Shown here: positions 32,777 through 42,000 of the stretch, piece after piece
Position numbering within the stretch: the first letter of the stretch is position 1
Layout of the letters: each line of letters opens with the position of its first letter
NCBI GenBank assembly: GCA_031416075.1
Contig: JANOSY010000088.1
Span: 9,504 to 73,503 of the forward strand
Direction: 5' to 3'
From: Candidatus Tenderia sp.
GTDB taxonomy: Bacteria; Pseudomonadota; Gammaproteobacteria; Tenderiales; Tenderiaceae
DNA: 64,000 nt
Translations under genes and position numbers: made by a program
Notes under the pieces: model-generated
Seen by the model: the letters and a program-made list of their open reading frames with translations, nothing else
Told to the model about the DNA's origin: nothing
The model's database searches: none

Positions 32777-35700
32777 ATGTCCTGCACTGTTGTAAGGGCA
32801 ATCACAGCTCTCTGTCCCGGCCCACTGGCCGGGCAGCGGGCCCCCTTACACCTTTATATAACAACCCTTCTTGGATTCCTGGTACTGCTCTGGTCAACCA
32901 CGACCCTGGCCGTCCCCCCTGGCACCATCATCAGCAACGTTGCCAGCATCAATTACACCATTGGCGGCCTACCCGGTCTGCCACTCAGCTCCAACATCGA
33001 TCAATTTACCGTGGTCGCCGCCGCCAATACGGTGGATGGCACCATGAGTGTGGCCGCGCCAGGCGGTAATCTATATGCCGGTTCGCCCCGCGCCACCACC
33101 ATCACCCTTAACAATACCGGCACCACCCTGCTGAACAATCAACAACTTACCATTACCGCACCGCTTAACAGCCAAGTAACACTGACCGGCAGTGGGGTCA
33201 CGCTGGCCGCTTCCATGAGCAGCAGCACTACCACCACCTACATTTTTAACGTGGCAGATCTACCGGTTGCTGGCAGTCAGGACCTCCAGCTGGTACTGAC
33301 CGCAGCCCCCACCGCTGTCAGCCGCCCCCAGACATTCACCGTTGCACACAGTGTTGATGGCACAACACTCCAGCAGCAATCCCTGACACTGAGCGCCTTG
33401 CCACGCACGGCGGCCAGACTGGAGATTCTGCAACACTCCCTCAGTAACAGGGCACTCTCGGCCATCGTCAATTCCACGCTGATCCGGGGGGAGAGCGGTA
33501 CCTTTACCCCCATTGCGCCGCCGACACTGCCGGAGGCACCAGACCGGCTAGTGACCGACAGCCCCATCACACTGGAGCCTGCCAACGTATTCAGTAATAT
33601 CCAGACGCTTTTTATCCGGGTCACCGATCTGGATCAAAATCTCGACAGTACGGTTCAGGAGAGTCTCGACATCACCATCAAGCTGCCCGATCGAGACGAC
33701 TATGTCACGCTGCGAATCCTCGAAACCGGCATCGCAACCGGCATCTTCAGCGGTTACGTCACCTTTGAAAAAAACAGCGCCACCAGCAGTGGCGCGCTAC
33801 CGGTCAAAAGCAATTCCAAGCTGCTGGTCAGCTATACCGATACGATCGATGGTGACGACAGTGTCGCCGAGACCGTGCTGATCGACCCCTACGGCGTGGT
33901 ATTTGACAGCGCCACCGGCCAGCCACTGGATGGTTACACCGTACAGATGGTCAACACCGATACCGGCCTGCCCGCCACGGTCTATGGCGATGACGGTGTC
34001 AGCAGCTACCCCGCCACCGTGATCACCGGCAGCCCGGTGACCGACAGCAGTGGCAACCTCTACAGCTACAATACCGGCGAGTACCGTTTTCCACTGGCCC
34101 CAGCGGGTAATTACAGACTGGTCGTCACCTCACCCAGCAGTGCCCAGTATCGCTGGCCCTCAACCCAGTCAACCGAACAACTCCATAACCTCTCCCGCAG
34201 CAACCTTGCCATCACCCTCGGCTCGCGGGGTGAGCGCTTCCCGCTGCTGCCAGGACCACCGCTGCATATTGATATTCCTGTGGATCCGCTCACCACCCAG
34301 CTCTACCTCCAGCGCAGTGCCAACCGCGAGAGTGTCGCGACGGGTGACCTGATCCGCTACAGCGTCCAGGTTGAGAACAGCACCGCCACCACCCTCAACG
34401 ATGTGGTGCTGACCGAGTCCCTGCCCCACGGTTTCCGCCTGGAGCCAGGCTCCATCAACATGGACAACAACCCGCAACAACCCGCCACCATTGAGCCACA
34501 AGGTACAACCTTCACCCTGAATCTCGGTGCCATGATCGCCGGTGAGCGCCGCCAGATCCGCTACGTCAGCGCCGTGGGTGCAGCACGCCAAGGACTGGCC
34601 AGCAGCAGTAGCCACGCCCGCGCCAACAGCGGTGCCGCCAACTCCAACCACGCCAGACACGATGCCATGGTGTTTGATGAGTTGATGCGTGGCCGCGCCC
34701 TGCTGCTCGGGCAGGTCATTATCAACCCCACCGACAACGACCCCACCCCCGCCAGCGGCTTAAAAGGGGTGCGTATCTATATGGAAGATGGCCGTTACGC
34801 CATCAGCGATGAACGGGGCATGTTCCATTTTGACAACCTCACCCCCGGCAACCATCTAGTACAGCTCGATACCGCCACCCTGCCAGACCACTATTCGCTG
34901 GTGATGGGCGACCAGGACACACGCAACGCCCACAGCCCCAGCTCGCAATTTATCGACCTGCAGGGCGGCACACTCTGGCGTACAGAGTTCCACGTTGCCC
35001 GCAAGCCCACCCCCACGGGGGCGCTATCACTGCAACTCAGCAACACCGCACCCGACAGCCAAGGCAACATCCCCTATCAGGTAACGCTGGAGAACCGGGG
35101 TGTCAGCGCCAGCAACCTGCGGTTAACACTCATGATCCCCGCCACCACCCACTACCAGCCCGGCAGCAGCCACGTTGGCGGCCACCCCGTTGGCGATCCT
35201 GATATTGTCGGCAACGTGCTCATTTATCGCCTGAACAACGACCACCCAAGCGGTGGCTGGCAACGTCAGCTCCACCTCACCCTGCAGGGCGACACTGGCA
35301 ATAGTGCCAGTGGTGACAGCCGCGAATTGACCACCAAGGCGTCACTCCAGTTTGATACCCCCGCCCAGCAGAACCAGCGCCTGCCACTGCTGCAACATAC
35401 CTTTACACTCACCACGGAACAGGTCAAACAGGGGGAACAGAAGGTCCTGGCCGAAAGCCTCACCCTCGACAACTTCAACGGCAGCAGCAATGACCTCAGC
35501 GAGGAGCATAAAACAGTCGTGCAACAGCTGGCAGAACGCTGGGCCGGCCAGGATATCCACATCCACGCCATCGGCCACAGCGACAGCCGGGACATTATTC
35601 AGAAGGAGAAGGAGGACCAGCGCCTGTTTGCCAACAACCAGATCCTCTCTGAATATCGCGCCCATGAGGTCGCTAACCAGCTCCGCCAGCAGCTCTCCCT

Positions 35701-38700
35701 GCCAGCCAACCGCATCTCCTTTGAAAGCAAAGGGGAGGACGAACCTGTCGCCAGTAATGCCACATCGGCGGGTCGAGCGACCAACCGCCGGGTAGAGCTT
35801 CATATATATAGCGTGATCAGCACCACAACCCCACATATCCACGGTACTGCCACCACCAGTGAGCGTCTGAGCAGTACCATCACCGGCCTTACACCCGGTG
35901 AACAGCCAATAACCACCGCGACCGTTACCACAACCACGGAGTACAACAGCCAGTGGCTCGCCAGCCAGACCGCCAGTATTGAGTGGCTGCTGCCCCAGGA
36001 GCGACCCGCGCTCCCCACCACCAACATCGCCATCAAACACCACAGCGACCAGAACGTCACCCTCACCCTCAATGGCCAGCCCGTGGCCGCCATGAACTTC
36101 AACGGCACCCTCAACAACAGCCATGGTGCTGCCGTCAGCCACTGGGCCGGGGTTGATCTGAACGAGGGCGACAACCTCTTTCATGCCACCATCAGCAATG
36201 CCCAAGGTGAGTTTATTCAACAACTTAACCGCAACCTGCACTACTCCAGCGCCCCCGTGCGGGCAGAGATTGTGCCAACGCTCTCCACCCTCATTGCCGA
36301 TAGCATCACCCCGCCGGTCATCGCCGTACGCCTGTATGACAAAGACAGCCACCCCATCCACGCCGGCATGGAGATTGAGTACCAAATCAGCCCACCGCAC
36401 CAGCCCGCCCAAGAGAGTTTTAATACCGACAACATGGTTGCCGCCCCTGGCAGACGCCACTACGCCACCTCCGACAATGATGGTCTCATCCTGATCAAAC
36501 TCGCCGCCACCAACAGCACCGATGATCTACGTCTGCAGCTGCCCCTGGCCCACAACCGGACCGTAGAGTTAAAGAGCCGTCTCCAGGCCAAGGCCCGCGA
36601 CTGGATACTGGTGGGGCTTGCCGAAGGGGAGGCCGGTTTTAACAGCCTGAGTGGCAATATGGAGGCGCTCGACGGCAACGCCGCCCAGGATCATCTCTAC
36701 CAGGACCAACGTATCGCCTTCTTTGCCAAAGGCCAGGTGCTGGGTAAATGGCTGCTGACCCTGGCCTACGACTCCGATAAAGCACAACCACAAAAACAGG
36801 GGAACGATCCAGCGCTGTTCCAGGCCATCGACCCCGGCAGCTACTACACCGTCTATGGTGATGCCGGTCAAAACGGTTTTGATGCCGCCAGCAGCAAAAA
36901 GCTCTACCTCAAGCTGGAGCGCAACGCCTTCTACCTGCTCTTTGGCGACTACCAGACCCAGCTCAGCGAGACCCGTCTGGCCCGCTACGACCGCACCCTG
37001 ACCGGCATAAAGTCCCGTTATCAGAATGAACAATACAACCTCATGCTCTTTATCAGCGAAAACAGCCAATCCTTTGCCAAGGATGAGCTGCGCGGCCAGG
37101 GCAGCACCGGCCCCTACCCGCTGTCACGCAGCAACGTCGCCCTCAACAGCGAAAAGGTAGTGCTGGAGGTGCGCGACCGTTTCCGCAGCGAACAGATTGT
37201 CAGCAGCACACTGCTGGCGCGCCACAGCGACTACGACATCAACTATCTGGAGGGCAACATCACCTTCCGCGAGCCGGTATTCAGCACCGATGCCAACCTC
37301 AATCCGCAATACATCGTCATCAAATATGAGTCCTACACCGGCGACAGCCAGACCACCATCGGTGGCCGGGCCGAGGTGAAGGTCAACGACCAGCTCAAGA
37401 TCGGCGTTACCCAAGTGAGTGAAGGGCGCGCTACAGGTGATGCCCTGCTCGGGGCCGCCGATCTGCAATACAAGTTCAACGATGCCACCACCCTGCGCCT
37501 TGAGACGGCCCGCAGCCTGATTGCCGACGAAGGCAGCGGCAACGCCTATCTTGCCGAAGTTGAACACCAGACCGTCAACAGCAGTAGCAAACTCTATCTG
37601 CTGGATAACGACACCCATTTTGGTCTGGGACAAACCAACGCCAGCGAAAATGGCATGTACAAACAAGGGGTTGAGACACAGCTGCGAGCCAGCGACAATA
37701 TCAACATCAAAGGCCAGCTCTACCGCCAGGAGAGCAGCCTCAGCCACGCCAGCCGTGACCTGGCCGAGGCACAGGGCGAGATCAGCCGCGGCACTACCCG
37801 GCTGCGCGCCGGCCTGCGTGAGGTGCAGGATCAGCGCGGCGACAACAGCCAGCAGCAGTCGGAACAGCTCACCACCGGCATCAGTCAACAGCTGCTGGAC
37901 AGTAAGGTGACCCTGCGGGCCGACCGCGAGATCAACCTCAACAATGGCAATGACAGCATCGACTTCCCCGACAAAACCCGGCTTGGGGCCGACTACCACA
38001 TCACCCAGAAGATCAGCCTGTTTGCCGAACAGGAGGTGGCCAACAGCGACCTCCGCGATACCCGCCAGCGCCGTCTTGGTATCAAATCAAACCCCTGGAA
38101 CGGCGCGGAGATTTACAGCGGCCTGAGCCACTCCAGCAGTGATAACGGCACTGCAACCAGCGCCAATGTCGCCGCCCGCCAGCGCTGGCAGCTCAACCCA
38201 CAGTGGAGCGTTGATGCCGGTATCGAGCAGTCCCAAACCCTAAGCCAGAATCTGAACCAGAACCAAAGCAGCGGCCCAACCCTCAGCCCACCTGCCGCCA
38301 CGCCGTTCAACCTCAACAGCGGATTTGCCATCGGCAGCAACGAAGATTTCAGCGCCGCCTCCTTGGGTGTCACCTATAGCGACAAAGGGTGGCTCTGGAG
38401 CAGCCGTGTCGAGTCGCGCACCGGTGATCTGAGTGACCGTCGCCGCCTTGCCACCTCAGTACAGACATCACCACACAACGACCTCTCCATGCTCGCCTCC
38501 CTCAACCTGCTCACCAGCAGCAGCGCCCAGGGTGAACAGCAGGATAGCTCAACGGTGCAGCTCGGGGCCGCCTACCGCCCCAGCAATAGCCGCTGGCTGC
38601 TGCTGGATAAACTGACCCTGAAAAAAGAGCGCCATAACAACAGCACCCTCGACAGCAGCGGCTGGCGCATCATCAACCTGTTCAATGCCAATTACCGAGA

Positions 38701-39073
38701 AGGGCGCTGGCAGACATCGCTGCAATACGGTGCCAAGAGTGTTAAAGAGACCATCGACGGCAACGAACATAACCAGTTTGTTGACCTCAGCGGCATCGAG
38801 AGCCGTTATGATCTAACGCCAGAGTGGGACATCGGCCTGCATGGCAACATCCTGCACGCCTGGCAGCTCAACCAATATAACTACAACAGTGGTGTCTCGG
38901 TAGGCCACACCGTGGCCAAAAACATCTGGCTGAGCCTTGGCTACAACTTCAACGGCTTCCGCGACAGCGACTTTTCGCGCAGCAGCTATACCAGTCAGGG
39001 GCTGTTCCTCCGTTTCCGGATGAAATTTGACCAAACCACCGTGAAAGAGGCGATCCAGTGGGCCAGCCAATGA
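32777..39073 (+). CDS. Giant (2098 aa) outer-membrane-associated protein: DUF11 repeats, internal OmpA-like domain, probable C-terminal beta-barrel
   Basis: One continuous ORF. DUF11-like segments include GDLIRYSVQVENSTATTLNDVVLTESLP and IPYQVTLENRGVSASNLRLTLMIP. There is an SdrD-B/CarboxypepD_reg-like segment, GVRIYMEDGRYAISDERGMFHFDNLTPGNH. The OmpA_C-like segment is IHAIGHSDSRD...NQILSEYRAHEVANQL...GRATNRRVELHIY. The last roughly 800 aa have alternating beta-strand character and end GLFLRFRMKF plus 16 aa. Confidence 0.75.
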   Translation: MSCTVVRAITALCPGPLAGQRAPLHLYITTLLGFLVLLWSTTTLAVPPGTIISNVASINYTIGGLPGLPLSSNIDQFTVVAAANTVDGTMSVAAPGGNLYAGSPRATTITLNNTGTTLLNNQQLTITAPLNSQVTLTGSGVTLAASMSSSTTTTYIFNVADLPVAGSQDLQLVLTAAPTAVSRPQTFTVAHSVDGTTLQQQSLTLSALPRTAARLEILQHSLSNRALSAIVNSTLIRGESGTFTPIAPPTLPEAPDRLVTDSPITLEPANVFSNIQTLFIRVTDLDQNLDSTVQESLDITIKLPDRDDYVTLRILETGIATGIFSGYVTFEKNSATSSGALPVKSNSKLLVSYTDTIDGDDSVAETVLIDPYGVVFDSATGQPLDGYTVQMVNTDTGLPATVYGDDGVSSYPATVITGSPVTDSSGNLYSYNTGEYRFPLAPAGNYRLVVTSPSSAQYRWPSTQSTEQLHNLSRSNLAITLGSRGERFPLLPGPPLHIDIPVDPLTTQLYLQRSANRESVATGDLIRYSVQVENSTATTLNDVVLTESLPHGFRLEPGSINMDNNPQQPATIEPQGTTFTLNLGAMIAGERRQIRYVSAVGAARQGLASSSSHARANSGAANSNHARHDAMVFDELMRGRALLLGQVIINPTDNDPTPASGLKGVRIYMEDGRYAISDERGMFHFDNLTPGNHLVQLDTATLPDHYSLVMGDQDTRNAHSPSSQFIDLQGGTLWRTEFHVARKPTPTGALSLQLSNTAPDSQGNIPYQVTLENRGVSASNLRLTLMIPATTHYQPGSSHVGGHPVGDPDIVGNVLIYRLNNDHPSGGWQRQLHLTLQGDTGNSASGDSRELTTKASLQFDTPAQQNQRLPLLQHTFTLTTEQVKQGEQKVLAESLTLDNFNGSSNDLSEEHKTVVQQLAERWAGQDIHIHAIGHSDSRDIIQKEKEDQRLFANNQILSEYRAHEVANQLRQQLSLPANRISFESKGEDEPVASNATSAGRATNRRVELHIYSVISTTTPHIHGTATTSERLSSTITGLTPGEQPITTATVTTTTEYNSQWLASQTASIEWLLPQERPALPTTNIAIKHHSDQNVTLTLNGQPVAAMNFNGTLNNSHGAAVSHWAGVDLNEGDNLFHATISNAQGEFIQQLNRNLHYSSAPVRAEIVPTLSTLIADSITPPVIAVRLYDKDSHPIHAGMEIEYQISPPHQPAQESFNTDNMVAAPGRRHYATSDNDGLILIKLAATNSTDDLRLQLPLAHNRTVELKSRLQAKARDWILVGLAEGEAGFNSLSGNMEALDGNAAQDHLYQDQRIAFFAKGQVLGKWLLTLAYDSDKAQPQKQGNDPALFQAIDPGSYYTVYGDAGQNGFDAASSKKLYLKLERNAFYLLFGDYQTQLSETRLARYDRTLTGIKSRYQNEQYNLMLFISENSQSFAKDELRGQGSTGPYPLSRSNVALNSEKVVLEVRDRFRSEQIVSSTLLARHSDYDINYLEGNITFREPVFSTDANLNPQYIVIKYESYTGDSQTTIGGRAEVKVNDQLKIGVTQVSEGRATGDALLGAADLQYKFNDATTLRLETARSLIADEGSGNAYLAEVEHQTVNSSSKLYLLDNDTHFGLGQTNASENGMYKQGVETQLRASDNINIKGQLYRQESSLSHASRDLAEAQGEISRGTTRLRAGLREVQDQRGDNSQQQSEQLTTGISQQLLDSKVTLRADREINLNNGNDSIDFPDKTRLGADYHITQKISLFAEQEVANSDLRDTRQRRLGIKSNPWNGAEIYSGLSHSSSDNGTATSANVAARQRWQLNPQWSVDAGIEQSQTLSQNLNQNQSSGPTLSPPAATPFNLNSGFAIGSNEDFSAASLGVTYSDKGWLWSSRVESRTGDLSDRRRLATSVQTSPHNDLSMLASLNLLTSSSAQGEQQDSSTVQLGAAYRPSNSRWLLLDKLTLKKERHNNSTLDSSGWRIINLFNANYREGRWQTSLQYGAKSVKETIDGNEHNQFVDLSGIESRYDLTPEWDIGLHGNILHAWQLNQYNYNSGVSVGHTVAKNIWLSLGYNFNGFRDSDFSRSSYTSQGLFLRFRMKFDQTTVKEAIQWASQ

Positions 39074-39092
39074 CAACCGCCACAACATCAAC

Positions 39093-42000
39093 ATGGACAG
39101 TACGATGAGATACGGACGTTTTATTCAGCTCTGCCTGCTGGCCACCCTGCTGCTGGTGGTACTTTTGCCTCGTCCAGGGGTAGCGGCCATCACCGCCACC
39201 ACCCTATTTGAAGGGTCAACGGATGGCGATGCCAGCGCTTATACTGGACCCTCACTCAGCCCGTCGGCCAACAACCTGATTCTCGTCTGGATAACCAATA
39301 CCCGCTCCTCCTCCCCCACCGTGCCCACCTTTACCGGTAACGGCCTCACCTGGGTGCAGGTCGCCACCGTCACCTGGGGCAGCAGCGGCTCCCCCACCGC
39401 ACGTACCACCCTGTTCCGGGCCATGGGATCCTCCCCCGCTACCGGGATCAACAGCATCGATTTTGCCGGCAATACCCAGACCGGCGTGGCGATGTCAATG
39501 ATCCAGTTCAACAACGTCGACATCACCGGCAGCAACGGTGCCAACGCCCTGGTTCAGAGTGTCACCGGCAGAACTGATAGCGCCTCCTCCACCGCCGGGC
39601 TGAGCCTCACCCTGGCAGCGCTGGGCAATGTTGCCAACGCCTCTGTGGGCGGCTTTTCCAACTTTATCAACTCCGCCACCTCCATCTCCCCAGGGTCCGG
39701 CTACACCGCCTCGTCCGGCACCACCTATCTGGCCCCCAGCATCAGCCTGCGCGCCGAGTGGAAGAGTGCGGGCAGCACCATCGTCAACGTCACACAGAGC
39801 GGTACCTCCCACATTGGCGGGATCGCCGTCGAACTCAAGGCCGACCTCTGTGCCGGCAATGTGGTCACCACCATCGCCAACAGTGGTGATGGCTCCCTGC
39901 GTGAATGTATCATCAAGGCCAACCTCAACCCCGGCACCACCATCACCTTCAACATTACCGCTGCGGCCAACCAATCTTCCGGTGCCAACTCATGGTGGCG
40001 TATCACCCCCACCACCGCGCTACCCACCATCACCGCTGCCAATACGGTGATTGATGCCACCACCCAGACCAGTAATCGTGGCAATACCAATACCCTCGGC
40101 CCGGAAGTTGAACTCAACGGTGCCACCGTCGGTGCCGGGGGGTGGGACGGTTTTGGTGTGGCTTCGCCAGCCACCGGAGTCATCATCCGCGGGTTCATCA
40201 TCAATCAGTGGTCAGGGTCAGGTATCTCACTCTGGAGCGGCAGCGGCACCATCAGGGGCAACTACATCGGTACCAACTACGCCGGTACCAGTGCCCTGGC
40301 CAATACCAGCTACGGCCTCTACCTCAATACCAATGGCAATACCGTCGGTGGCACCAGTGCTGCGGACCGTAACGTCATTGCCGGTAACGGCGGGCCTGGC
40401 ATCTACATTGTGAGCAACAGCAATACCGTGCAGGGCAACTACATCGGCGTCAACGCCAGTGCTGGGGCGATAGTTGCCAATAGTGGCCACGGCGTACAGA
40501 TACTCTCCGGTGCCACCGGCAATACCATTGGGGGCACAGCGGCGGGGGCAGGCAATGTGATTGCTGGCAACGGCGCTGATGGCATCAACCATAGTTCAAC
40601 AGGCAGCAATACCGTACAAGGCAACTACATCGGTACCAACGCCAGCAGCGCGACACTCTCTAATGGTGGCAATGGCATTGCCATCTCTGCCGGCACACTC
40701 AATGTGGGCAACGCCTCTGAATCCCAATCAAACATTATTGGCCCCAACAGTGGTGCGGGCATCAACCTGGCGGGCGGAACAGTGAATCTGGCAGGCAGTG
40801 TCACCGTGCGTGGCAACATGGCCCTGGCCAGCGGCACACTCGCCATGGGCAGCGCCACACTCAACCTCTCCGGTAACTGGAGCCGTACCAGCACCACCGT
40901 CACAACCGGCACCTCCACCGTGGTGCTCAACGGCACTGCCCTGCAGAGCCTGACCATGAACGGCAGTAACTTCAATAATCTGACCATCACCAACGGCAGT
41001 GTTGCAGGTATCAGTTTTAATGATGGTTTTAACGCCGCCAACATCACCAATACCACCCCCGCCTCCCGGCTGACCTTTAAGGCGGGCGCAACCTACACCC
41101 TCTCCGGCACCCTGACACTGGTCGGCAGCAGTGGCAACCAGATCATTCTGCTCAGCGACTCCCCCGGCACCCGCTTTACCCTGAACCCAACTGCTGGCGC
41201 GCAGAGTGTCAACTATGTCAACGTCAAGGATTCACAGGCCTCAACCAACAACATCACCGCCGATAACTCCACCAACAGTGGTGGCAATGATGATGCCGAG
41301 GCCGCACCACGCTGGGTCTTTAATGCCCCCGATACCACGCCGCCCGCCAGGATCATCGACCTGACGGTCACCTCCTCCACCACCTCATCCATCACCCTGA
41401 ACTGGACTTCACCGGGAGATGACAATAACAGTGGCACGGCTACCAGCTATGACCTGCGTTACTCCACCTCGCCCATCACGGCGGGCAACTGGGCCAGCGC
41501 CACACAGGCCGTTGGCGAACCAACACCCTTGGTGGCCGGTAGCAGCCAATCATTTAGCGTGACCGGCCTGGCCGCTGCCACCACCTACTACTTTGTAATG
41601 ACCACCAGCGATGAGGTCCCCAATACCTCCGCCCTATCTGACTCAGCGGTTGGCACCACCGGCGGCGGTGGTGGCGGCAATGTGAGCTACTACGCCAAAC
41701 GCAGTAACAGTGTCTCCATCGCCTCCGGCATCACCAGCAACAGCGGCTCCTGCGGCACAGATCCAACCGCCTACTACATTGAAGAGCTGTCAAAAAACAT
41801 CAGCGACATGTGTGTCACAGCAAATGCCTACCGCTGGGAGCAGTTGACGGCCGGCAGCTACTCGGACCACTACTTCAACACCGCCTATGTGGCCAATACC
41901 ACCGTTACCGGCGTCTCTTATCAGGTCACCATCCGCGACAGCGGAACAGTAGGTTTCCAGCTTTTTTATGTCACCTCCGGCGGTACCAAAACCTATCTTG

